Shown here: piece after piece, positions 35,968 to 43,010 of the stretch
How positions within the stretch are numbered: the first letter of the stretch is position 1
Layout: each line of letters starts with the position of its first letter
The notes under the pieces: generated by a model
What the model was told of the DNA's origin: nothing
Seen by the model: only the letters and a program-made list of their open reading frames with translations
The model's database searches: none
Source: a virus
Taxonomy: Duplodnaviria; Caudoviricetes
Reading direction: 5' to 3' (one strand)
Virus record (IMG/VR): IMGVR_UViG_3300005573_000148
Coordinates: 1 to 43,010 of that record
Length of the DNA: 43,010 bases
Position numbers and translations under genes: made by a program

Positions 35968-36912
35968 TTAGGTGAGGTCAATGCTGTCCTCGTTCCTGGC
36001 CCGGAAATACTTCCGAATGTCATCCCGCAGCTTAGTCCGCCGGCGATCCAGGCTCAACAACCCCTGCCAATCCCGTTTCAGGTCCGCCACCGGGTCATAT
36101 TTGTTGTCCACCAGGATCTTCCACCGGTCCTGATAGCGCCGGTCCGCTTTCTTGCCGTGCCAGTAATGCAAAATGGTCCCGGGCACGAACCCCACATTCT
36201 TGTGCACCAGGTCCAGGGCCCGCTCCTGCCATTGAGAAACCATCAACTTGTAGTTGGGTGTCACCCCCTGATGGTAGGTTTCAGCCCCCCGGCCGATAAG
36301 AGCGAAAGCCATGTGCGTGTCCGCCGCCCCCAAAATCGCCCGGTCCATCAACCCGCCCACACTGTCGAAAAATTCCCGCCTGGCCGCCCACGCATAACCC
36401 GGGTGCGGGAAGTCGTAATTTTTATCCCAAATGACCTTGATCCTGTTGCCGTCCCGCCAATGCACATAGCCAAAGCTCTTGTGCACCTGCATTACTTCCT
36501 CAGTCGGCCCCAGGTCCACCGCCGTCTGCCACATTTGCACCACGGCGAAATGCTGCAGCTGCTCCACCGTCTCCAGCAGCCAATCCCGCCTCGTAAAGAT
36601 AAGGTCGGCGTCCACCCACGCCACATACTCCCAATCCTCAGGCAGCCGGCTGATAGCGATGTTGATCATGTTCTCCTTGAACCAAAGCTCCTCCCGGGTC
36701 CGTAACTGAATCTCCGTGTAGGGGTCCCCCGGCTCTGTCACCTGGTGCGCCCGGTCACCTTGCACCAACTCCACTACCACCAACCTCCCCCCGGCGTTCA
36801 GCACGAACTCCCGGAACCTCTTGAAAACCTCATACCGCTGCCGAAACCTCACCGGGTTCGATACGGGCGCCACAACGTAAAAATTCCGCAGTAAATGATG
36901 GTTAGGCTTCAT
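35968..36912 (-). CDS. GT-A fold glycosyltransferase-like protein
   Basis: WFKENMINIAI, YVAWVDADL (DxD), HPGYAWAARR, GG..D..ILGAAD, HYWHG motifs. Confidence 0.78.
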   Translation of the reverse strand: MKPNHHLLRNFYVVAPVSNPVRFRQRYEVFKRFREFVLNAGGRLVVVELVQGDRAHQVTEPGDPYTEIQLRTREELWFKENMINIAISRLPEDWEYVAWVDADLIFTRRDWLLETVEQLQHFAVVQMWQTAVDLGPTEEVMQVHKSFGYVHWRDGNRIKVIWDKNYDFPHPGYAWAARREFFDSVGGLMDRAILGAADTHMAFALIGRGAETYHQGVTPNYKLMVSQWQERALDLVHKNVGFVPGTILHYWHGKKADRRYQDRWKILVDNKYDPVADLKRDWQGLLSLDRRRTKLRDDIRKYFRARNEDSIDLT

Positions 36913-37111
36913 GCCGCCACTCCGGACGAGGCACGTTCAAAATCCCCTTGGTAAAGGTCAGAATCTTGCGCAGCCACTCCACAAGCTCTATCGTCCCCCC
37001 TACACCACAGTTCAGACAACGAAACCAACCTACCTCGCCCCATTTTTCCATCTCTCGCCCGCATTTCGGACAGAAAAGCATGCTCCCACCCCCGCCGCTT
37101 ATTGTGACACC

Positions 37112-37141
37112 TTCTTACCATCCCTCTGTCTTATATGTCAA
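37112..37141 (-). promoter_or_regulatory. Candidate leftward promoter/operator for the accessory block
   Basis: Minus strand TTGACA-TATAAGACAGAGGGATGG-TAAGAA; first 15 nt nearly identical to the promoter at 39165. Confidence 0.5.
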
Positions 37142-37719
37142 GAAAATATGTCAGTAAGACAGATTCAGTAAAATAAAAAGCCATCTGAGCGTGATGAATA
37201 GGGATTGTCGGGAATGTCATTAAAGATTCCAGGTAGTGAAGGTCCAGGGCACCAGCCCGAAGGGACCCTTAAACCCATTGCCAAAATCCGCTAGCTCTTT
37301 GTCACGGCGTCTAGGCGCTTCCCCTCGACCCTTTGCCTTGCCTCAGGAAACCCACTACAAAAACGGCTAAAATCAAGAAGTTTGGCCGAAAATGTAGTAA
37401 GAAGGCGAGAGGTAGCTCTGTATGAGGGAATGGAGAGTTGTCGGGATTGTCAGAATGGTTTGAGGAAAAGTGGGTGGACGGGATATTGAATAGACGGGGG
37501 GGGTGGAGTCCCGCCCCCGGGTTCCTCTCCCGGGCGCCCGTGGTTTCCCGCAGGCATGGCGGCAGGCAGGGGACCAGGCAGGGGAGGGACCAGGCCGGCA
37601 GCAGCAGTTATAAAGGAATACTATACAGCCGTATAGGTAACCATGTGACAGGCATCAGCCACAAGGCAGGGACAAGGCCGGCAGGAGATAGGCCCGCTTT
37701 TATTCAAAAGCGGTACTTT

Positions 37720-38454
37720 TTACCGGGTAATCTGTAAGGCTTTCACCTGGACAGGGACCGCCGGCGCCGCCTCAACCGGCTTGTCGGCAGCCGAACCCCC
37801 GGCCGGCGGATTAAAGACGATGGAAAACCCCTGGAAAGTCTCATCCGGCTTGCTCATCCCCAGGCAGTTAGCCGCGAATTTAAGCGCCTCAAGGCGGACC
37901 AAATCACTTTTAGCAGTTTCAGCTATGGATTTCAGTAGCTTGGCGATTTTTAGCTCACCGAGCCCCACCGCCCGCAGGACCTTAGGCCCAACCCCCCCGC
38001 CCGCCTCATACTTTTCCACAATTTTTCGCGATATCAGGTAGAGCATACTATCAGAGAGCCCGTCATAACCCGCTAACTTCATTGATTGAATCCTGTCACC
38101 CTCCCCTGAAAGGTAAATCTCAAGGAATTTTAGCTCCTTAACGGTTAATTGCTCACCAAGAGCCCGGGCAGAGTTGAAATCGGGATTATCATTCTTAATT
38201 AATTCTTTAAATTCTTCTGAACAGATATTCACATTATTATTCTCTAGATAATTATTAGTAATAGATAGTCCGGCTTTATCCTTACCGGAAAGCTTGCCGG
38301 CAGCCGGCTTTTTTTTGGCCGGCGACCTGGCCGCGCCCCTGGCCGGCTTTTTTTCCCAAGGCAGTTTGATAGGCCGGCCGCGGCCCTGTTTCTTTTCGCC
38401 CTGGACCTCCCCAACAGCAACCCCGAAGTCAACCCCATTTTTACCTTTTCCCAC
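37720..38454 (-). CDS. terS: Terminase small subunit-like protein
   Basis: LTVKELKFLEIYL..GDRIQSMKLAGY HTH-like segment and VRLEALKFAANCLGM helix typical of TerS; basic N-terminal extension. Confidence 0.65.
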   Translation of the reverse strand: MGKGKNGVDFGVAVGEVQGEKKQGRGRPIKLPWEKKPARGAARSPAKKKPAAGKLSGKDKAGLSITNNYLENNNVNICSEEFKELIKNDNPDFNSARALGEQLTVKELKFLEIYLSGEGDRIQSMKLAGYDGLSDSMLYLISRKIVEKYEAGGGVGPKVLRAVGLGELKIAKLLKSIAETAKSDLVRLEALKFAANCLGMSKPDETFQGFSIVFNPPAGGSAADKPVEAAPAVPVQVKALQITR

Positions 38455-38487
38455 CTTTTGACCCTCCCAGGCTAAAAAATGACCTCA

Positions 38488-39063
38488 TCAGAGCCAGCAG
38501 GATTGACGATCCCCGCCGGCCCTGACCTTTGCCCTTGCCGCTTTTCGCCTCAATTTCTCTTTTTCCTTTTTCTGGATCTGGACCGCAGCCCGATCAAACC
38601 CCGCCAAGGAATCACGGCGCGCTAGCTCAGCGAGGAGGAGCCCGACGGCGCGCCCATCGTCGCACTTGAACTCAAGAGGAGCCCCAGGCCACAACCGGCG
38701 CGCCAACTCTAGAGGACTTTCTGACTTGCGCGCCTGCCAATGTGACAGCCCAAAAGCAGCTTGCCAGGTTAACGGAGAAACCAGGACCGCCGGCAGCCCA
38801 AGAGCCATGCACCACCCTTGCCAGACTCCCAGGTTGACCAAGAGCCCTTGATTTTTATTTTGAAAACCCGAGTCTTTTTGCGGAAATGTCTGGACTAGCT
38901 CAATATATATATTATCTATTAACCCTCTAATAATTGATAAAAGGTTATACAAAAGCACCGGGTTTTTCACTTGCCACCTATGAGCCCCCACCACGCCGCC
39001 GGCCCTGTCTAATATTCCTATCCCCCCGGAACCACCCACATCAACCCCCACATAATATTTCAC
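38488..39063 (-). CDS. RuvC-like Holliday junction resolvase
   Basis: VGVDVGGSGGIGIL, IYIELV, VSPLTWQ, LARRLWP..DGRA..LLLA motifs. Confidence 0.75.
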   Translation of the reverse strand: MKYYVGVDVGGSGGIGILDRAGGVVGAHRWQVKNPVLLYNLLSIIRGLIDNIYIELVQTFPQKDSGFQNKNQGLLVNLGVWQGWCMALGLPAVLVSPLTWQAAFGLSHWQARKSESPLELARRLWPGAPLEFKCDDGRAVGLLLAELARRDSLAGFDRAAVQIQKKEKEKLRRKAARAKVRAGGDRQSCWL

Positions 39064-39164
39064 TTTATTATTTTTTCCCCCGGCTTTTATGTCTGAAATA
39101 TCCTAATAAATACAAGCACTAAAGGCAACACATATTTTTTAAAGGTTTTTATTGCTCTGACCGA

Positions 39165-39192
39165 TTGACATATCAGACAATTTGAATACAAT
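39165..39192 (+). promoter_or_regulatory. Sigma70-type promoter of the rightward operon
   Basis: TTGACA-16 nt-TACAAT, preceded by an AT-rich UP-like tract. Confidence 0.7.
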
Positions 39193-39222
39193 GTAATAGC
39201 AGCACCGAGGACAGCACAAACC

Positions 39223-39258
39223 AACCGACACGGCAACCGACACGGCAGCCGGCACGGA
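39223..39258 (+). repeat. 12-nt tandem repeat (2 exact copies plus 1 degenerate)
   Basis: AACCGACACGGC AACCGACACGGC AGCCGGCACGGA. Confidence 0.75.
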
Positions 39259-39278
39259 GGACCGGGCAGGAGCCACCC

Positions 39279-39288
39279 CTCTTTGACA
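39279..39288 (+). promoter_or_regulatory. boxA-like antitermination element
   Basis: CTCTTTGACA versus boxA consensus (G)CTCTTTAACA, in the untranslated leader downstream of the promoter. Confidence 0.5.
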
Positions 39289-39393
39289 ACTTGAACCGAC
39301 CCGGGACAGGACTGGAAGCGGATTTAGGCCCATCTAAAACAACGGCCCGGGAAGGGATAAAGCAGCACCAACCCTCAGACGAGGAACCCCCCG

Positions 39394-39465
39394 GATTTAT
39401 CTATTTAGCCCCAGGCGAAAAGGCCGGCAGCCCTCGATTTTTCGCCTGTATTAAAGAGATAAATC
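39394..39465 (+). repeat. Long intergenic hairpin copy 1 (before DUF3150-like gene)
   Basis: GATTTATCT/AGATAAATC and CAGGCGAAAA/TTTTCGCCTG arms; shares TTTA..CCAGGC with copies 2 and 3. Confidence 0.65.
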
Positions 39466-39489
39466 AAAACCCCGAGGAGGACAAAACCC

Positions 39490-40350
39490 ATGTCTAACGA
39501 CCTTACCGAAAAGGCCATGTTAGTAAAACTTAGCGTGACCAAATGGAGCGCCCGCAAGCACGATAAGGCAGTTTCAAAAAAGGTTGCCGCCGAATACGGC
39601 ACCGCCGAGGACCGCGGCCGCTATAACAAAATTCTGATTGCTCAGGACCACTTGAAAGCAATCAGCCAGGCGGAGAACGCAGCCCGAACTTTTCATTATC
39701 AACAAACCCTGCCCTGGAAAGACGACGGCGCCCGGATTTTACCGAGCGCCAACTATCTTGAATACACCGCCGAAATTAGGCGCCTCAAGGCAGAGTTTGA
39801 AAAAGAGGTTGCCGCCTTTATCGATGCCTACCCCGCGCTTGTCAGCCAGGCCCGCTATGAATTGAATGGACTTTTTAACCAGGCGGACTACCCCGACCCC
39901 GCCAAAATCGGCAGCAAGTTTTCTTTTGAAATGGAGGTTGACCCCCTTCCCGCCGCCGATGATTTCAGAGTTACCTTACAGGCCGGCGAAGTCAGCAAAA
40001 TCAAGGAAGAAATAGCCGCCCGCCTCAAGGCCGCAGAACAGGCCGCAGTTAATGACCTTTATGAGAGGTTGCGGAACGCCGTCAATCACATGATGGAGAA
40101 GTTAAAGGACAAGGAAGGAATCTTTAGAGATTCCCTTGTAAACAACATCAGGGACCTTTGCGAACTGATACCCCGCCTTAATTTCACCGGCGACGCCCGG
40201 CTTGAGGAACTAAGAGCCCAAGCAGAGAAAGACCTCACCGCCTACGAGCCCGACGACCTGAGAAAAAACCAATTCGCCCGCCTGGAGACGGCAGACGCCG
40301 CCGCGGAACTTTTGGCGAAAATGGCAGGTTACACCGGCGCCGCAGCTTAA
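39490..40350 (+). CDS. DUF3150-like helical protein
   Basis: 286 aa; LVKLSV.KWS.RK.D, TLPW..G.RILP, F...YP, DYP, FRDSL..N motifs; upstream of an AAA+/VWA pair; GAGGAGG RBS. Confidence 0.7.
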   Translation: MSNDLTEKAMLVKLSVTKWSARKHDKAVSKKVAAEYGTAEDRGRYNKILIAQDHLKAISQAENAARTFHYQQTLPWKDDGARILPSANYLEYTAEIRRLKAEFEKEVAAFIDAYPALVSQARYELNGLFNQADYPDPAKIGSKFSFEMEVDPLPAADDFRVTLQAGEVSKIKEEIAARLKAAEQAAVNDLYERLRNAVNHMMEKLKDKEGIFRDSLVNNIRDLCELIPRLNFTGDARLEELRAQAEKDLTAYEPDDLRKNQFARLETADAAAELLAKMAGYTGAAA

Positions 40351-40419
40351 ACCTTTTTACCCCAGGCCAGGGACCCGGGCACCGAGCCCGGCGCCCCCTG
40401 GCACCGGGTAAGCAGGTTT
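40349..40419 (+). repeat. Long intergenic hairpin copy 2 (before AAA gene)
   Basis: Nested arms AAACCT/AGGTTT, TTACCC/GGGTAA, GCCAGGG/CCCTGGC, CCGGGC/GCCCGG. Confidence 0.8.
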
Positions 40420-40448
40420 AAACAATCCCCCCGAGGAGGCACAAAGAA

Positions 40449-41444
40449 ATGAAACCTAGCGCACTGAAGAGACTGCTTTCAAAGACGATCTGCGCCAAGG
40501 AGCCCGTTTTGATAACCGGCGCCCCCGGCACCGGGAAAAGCGAAATTGTTGACCAGGCCACGCGGGAAGCTGAAAACGATTTAATCATATCGCACCCGGT
40601 AACCTCAGACCCCACCGACTTTAAAGGACTTGGCGCCTTGGTGGACGGAGAAGCCCGCTTTTTACCCTTTGACCAATTAAAGGCCCTTATCACCGCCCAA
40701 AAGCCCACCGTTTTTTTCCTCGATGATTTAGGCCAGGCGCCGCCGGCGGTACAGGCCGCAGCCATGCAACTAATTTTAGCCAGGCGCGTGAACGGCCACA
40801 AAGTTTCCGACCATGTAACTTTTATCGCCGCCACGAACCGCAAGAGCGACCGCGCCGGCGTAACCTCAATTTTGGAGCCCGTCAAATCAAGGTTTATTAC
40901 CATCGTAAACCTGGACCCCGACCCGGAGGACTGGCTAGCCTGGTACTTGACCACCGGCGCCCCGATAGAGGTTGCCGCCTTTATCCGATTCAGGCCGGCC
41001 CTTTTGCACGACTTCAAACCCACCGCCGACTTGACCAACAGCCCGAGCCCCCGCACGGTATTTGCCGCTGCCCGGCTTTTGAGCCTGAACCTTGACGCGG
41101 ATCTTGAATATGAAACCATAGCCGGCGCCGCCGGCGAGGGATTCGCCGCCGAGCTTTTGGGATTTTTAAAGATTGTTCGACAGCTTCCGAGCCCCGACGC
41201 AATCTTACTTGACCCGGTAAACTCCCCTGTCCCCACCGACCCGGCGACTCTTTACGCCCTGTCAACCGCCCTGGCAGCCAAGGCGAGCGAGCAGAACTTT
41301 GAAAGAATCTGCAAATATGGCGACAGGCTACCCCCGGAATTTTCCGTTTTAATGGTGCGCGATTCGGTGAGACATAACCCGGACGTACAACAGACCCGGG
41401 CATTTATCGCATGGAACAGCCGCCACAGCAGCGTGATGATTTAA
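40449..41444 (+). CDS. MoxR-like AAA+ ATPase
   Basis: Walker A GAPGTGKS, DPTDFKGL, Walker B FFLDD, AATNR sensor, SRF arginine finger, SPRT. Confidence 0.9.
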   Translation: MKPSALKRLLSKTICAKEPVLITGAPGTGKSEIVDQATREAENDLIISHPVTSDPTDFKGLGALVDGEARFLPFDQLKALITAQKPTVFFLDDLGQAPPAVQAAAMQLILARRVNGHKVSDHVTFIAATNRKSDRAGVTSILEPVKSRFITIVNLDPDPEDWLAWYLTTGAPIEVAAFIRFRPALLHDFKPTADLTNSPSPRTVFAAARLLSLNLDADLEYETIAGAAGEGFAAELLGFLKIVRQLPSPDAILLDPVNSPVPTDPATLYALSTALAAKASEQNFERICKYGDRLPPEFSVLMVRDSVRHNPDVQQTRAFIAWNSRHSSVMI

Positions 41445-41503
41445 CCCTTTTACACCAGGCCAGGAGCCCGGCGCCGCCGGCGCACCTGGCCGCGTGTAAG
41501 CGG
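41445..41503 (+). repeat. Long intergenic hairpin copy 3 (before VWA gene)
   Basis: TTACAC/GTGTAA, GGCCAGG/CCTGGCC, CCGGC/GCCGG arms; homologous to copy 2. Confidence 0.8.
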
Positions 41504-41532
41504 AGCTAAATCACCGAGAAACGGAGGAACCC

Positions 41533-42870
41533 TTGAAAGACCAGGCGACCCAAAAAATGATAAAGGCGCGAGCCGGCTTAATTCTGGACCGCCCCTTTTA
41601 TGGCGCCCTGGCCCTGAGACTTACCCTTAAATCGGACCCAGGTTGCAAAACCGCCTGGACCGATGGAAGGACCCTAGGTTTTGACCCGGCTTATATCAAC
41701 AGCATCAGCCTAGAGGAAGTCAAAGGACTTTGGGAAGAGGAAACGCTTCATTGTTTCCTGCAACACCACACCCGGCGCAACGGCCGCGACCCGCAACAAT
41801 GGAACGTCGCAGCAGACCAGGCCATTTTTCACATACTGGCCCAGGCCGGCAGCGCCCTCCCCGCCGACTGTCAACCCCTCCCCGAGTATCGAGACATGAG
41901 CGCCGAGCAGATTTTTGACGCCATGGGGAGGAAGAAAAAGAGCCCGCAGCCGAAACCGCAGCCAGGCCAGGGACCCCAACAGCAGCAGCAACCGCAGCAG
42001 CAACCCGGGCAGGGACAGGGACAGCCGCAGCCGCAACAGGGACAGCAACCCGGGCAGCGGCCCGGCGCCCCAGGCCAGGCCCCCGGCGCCCCCGGCCCGC
42101 AGCAGCCAGGACAGGGTCAGACCCCCGCCCCCGGGCAGCAGCAGCCCGGCAGACAGCCCGGAGCCGGCCGCGGTGAAGTCAGAGACGCCACCGACCCGGA
42201 CACCGGGCAGCCCTTGACCCCGGCGAAGCTAGCCGAGGAGGAAGCCAACTGGAAAATAGCCGCACAACAGGCCGCACAACAAGCGGCCGCGTGCGGTAAC
42301 CTCCCCGGCTTTCTTGACCGACTTGTCAAGGCGATTATCAACCCCCGAGTACCCTGGCAGGACTTGCTAAGGCAATTCCTGGAACGCACCGCCCGGAATG
42401 ATTACACCTGGACCACCTTAAACAGTAATTACCTGTCACAAGGTATTTTCCTCCCCACCCTGAGAAGTAACGAGCTCCCCCAACTTGTGATAACTGTCGA
42501 TACATCGGGCAGCATTGATCAACGCGACCTTGACCAATTCGCCGCCGAGGTAAGCGCAATTCTGGAAATGACCGCCGAGACGGAAATCACGGTTTTATAT
42601 TGCGACACCCGGATAAAAGAGACGGAGACTTTCACCAGGGCAGACCTCCCCTTGACCCTCAAGGCAAAAGGCGGAGGCGGAACCGACTTCCGGCCCCCCT
42701 TCACATGGATAGAGGAGCAGCAAGAGCAGCCCGCCGCCCTCATCTACTTAACCGACATGGATTGCAACAAGTACCCCGAGGAACCCGACTACCCCGTTTT
42801 ATGGACCAAGGTAAAAAAACCCTGGACCACCAAGCCGGCGCCCTTTGGGGAAATGATTGAAATTGATTAA
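41533..42870 (+). CDS. DUF2201-type protein: metallopeptidase-like N-terminal domain, Q/P linker, VWA domain
   Basis: PFYG.L, TAWTDG, EETLH..HH.RR, WNVAAD; MIDAS DTSGS, GGGGTDF.P.F, IYLTD; TTG start with GGAGG RBS. Confidence 0.88.
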   Translation: MKDQATQKMIKARAGLILDRPFYGALALRLTLKSDPGCKTAWTDGRTLGFDPAYINSISLEEVKGLWEEETLHCFLQHHTRRNGRDPQQWNVAADQAIFHILAQAGSALPADCQPLPEYRDMSAEQIFDAMGRKKKSPQPKPQPGQGPQQQQQPQQQPGQGQGQPQPQQGQQPGQRPGAPGQAPGAPGPQQPGQGQTPAPGQQQPGRQPGAGRGEVRDATDPDTGQPLTPAKLAEEEANWKIAAQQAAQQAAACGNLPGFLDRLVKAIINPRVPWQDLLRQFLERTARNDYTWTTLNSNYLSQGIFLPTLRSNELPQLVITVDTSGSIDQRDLDQFAAEVSAILEMTAETEITVLYCDTRIKETETFTRADLPLTLKAKGGGGTDFRPPFTWIEEQQEQPAALIYLTDMDCNKYPEEPDYPVLWTKVKKPWTTKPAPFGEMIEID

Positions 42871-42872
42871 CC

Positions 42873-42913
42873 CTGCCCGAGCCCGCCGGCGATCCCCGCC
42901 GGCGGACCGGCAG
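42873..42913 (+). other. GC-rich hairpin after the VWA gene (possible copy 4)
   Basis: CTGCC/GGCAG and CCGCCGGCG/CGCCGGCGG arms. Confidence 0.5.
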
Positions 42914-43010
42914 CACCGGCGCCCCTTGCCCCCCCTTGATGGATTGAACCCCCCCCACCCCCCGCCGGCGCCCCTATTGCCCGGCCCGGAGCCCGGCGCC
43001 CACGCAGCAA

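Larger units (their letters stand above)
1..43010. mobile_element. Tailed dsDNA phage/prophage segment, podovirus-like (no tape measure or sheath seen)
   Basis: Co-oriented TerL-portal-scaffold-capsid-adaptor-tail-ejection gene order, TerS-like and RuvC-like genes, tightly overlapping ORFs, no host housekeeping genes. Integration state cannot be determined. Confidence 0.93.

Noticed and set aside
36920-37440. tRNA or other RNA gene in the large intergenic region
   Set aside because: No cloverleaf with a proper T-loop and acceptor stem could be built, and the short ORFs here lack coding features.
39223-39258. CRISPR-like mini-array
   Set aside because: The repeats are 12 nt, directly adjacent with no spacers, and no cas genes are present.

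Overview
This window is a GC-rich segment of a tailed dsDNA phage or prophage with podovirus-like architecture. No tape-measure, sheath, integrase, att site, tRNA/rRNA or CRISPR array is recognisable. The minus strand (~1-39063) carries the late and packaging region. Read in transcription order it runs: RuvC-like resolvase, TerS-like gene, a ~5 kb accessory block (GT-A glycosyltransferase, Zn-finger ORFs, KTSC protein, small TM protein, SLT transglycosylase, DPPF DNA methyltransferase), TerL, portal, scaffold, major capsid, decoration, adaptor, nozzle and tail proteins, coiled-coil and ejection proteins, a 3139-aa polyvalent protein (ddrB/ParB-like and HExxH domains), a PurD-like ATP-grasp ligase and a partial membrane protein. 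A divergent plus-strand operon (39490-42870) encodes a DUF3150-like protein, a MoxR-like AAA+ ATPase and a DUF2201/VWA protein. It has a sigma70 promoter and a boxA-like leader, and related long hairpins sit in front of each gene. Items most worth follow-up: (1) the hairpin-punctuated AAA/VWA early operon; (2) the PurD-like ligase next to the ejected polyvalent protein; (3) an antisense 79-aa in-frame-deleted 'mini-DnaK' with an intact RBS; (4) a multi-hairpin RNA/terminator leader in front of scaffold and capsid. All product calls come from motif recognition and synteny; no database search was run.
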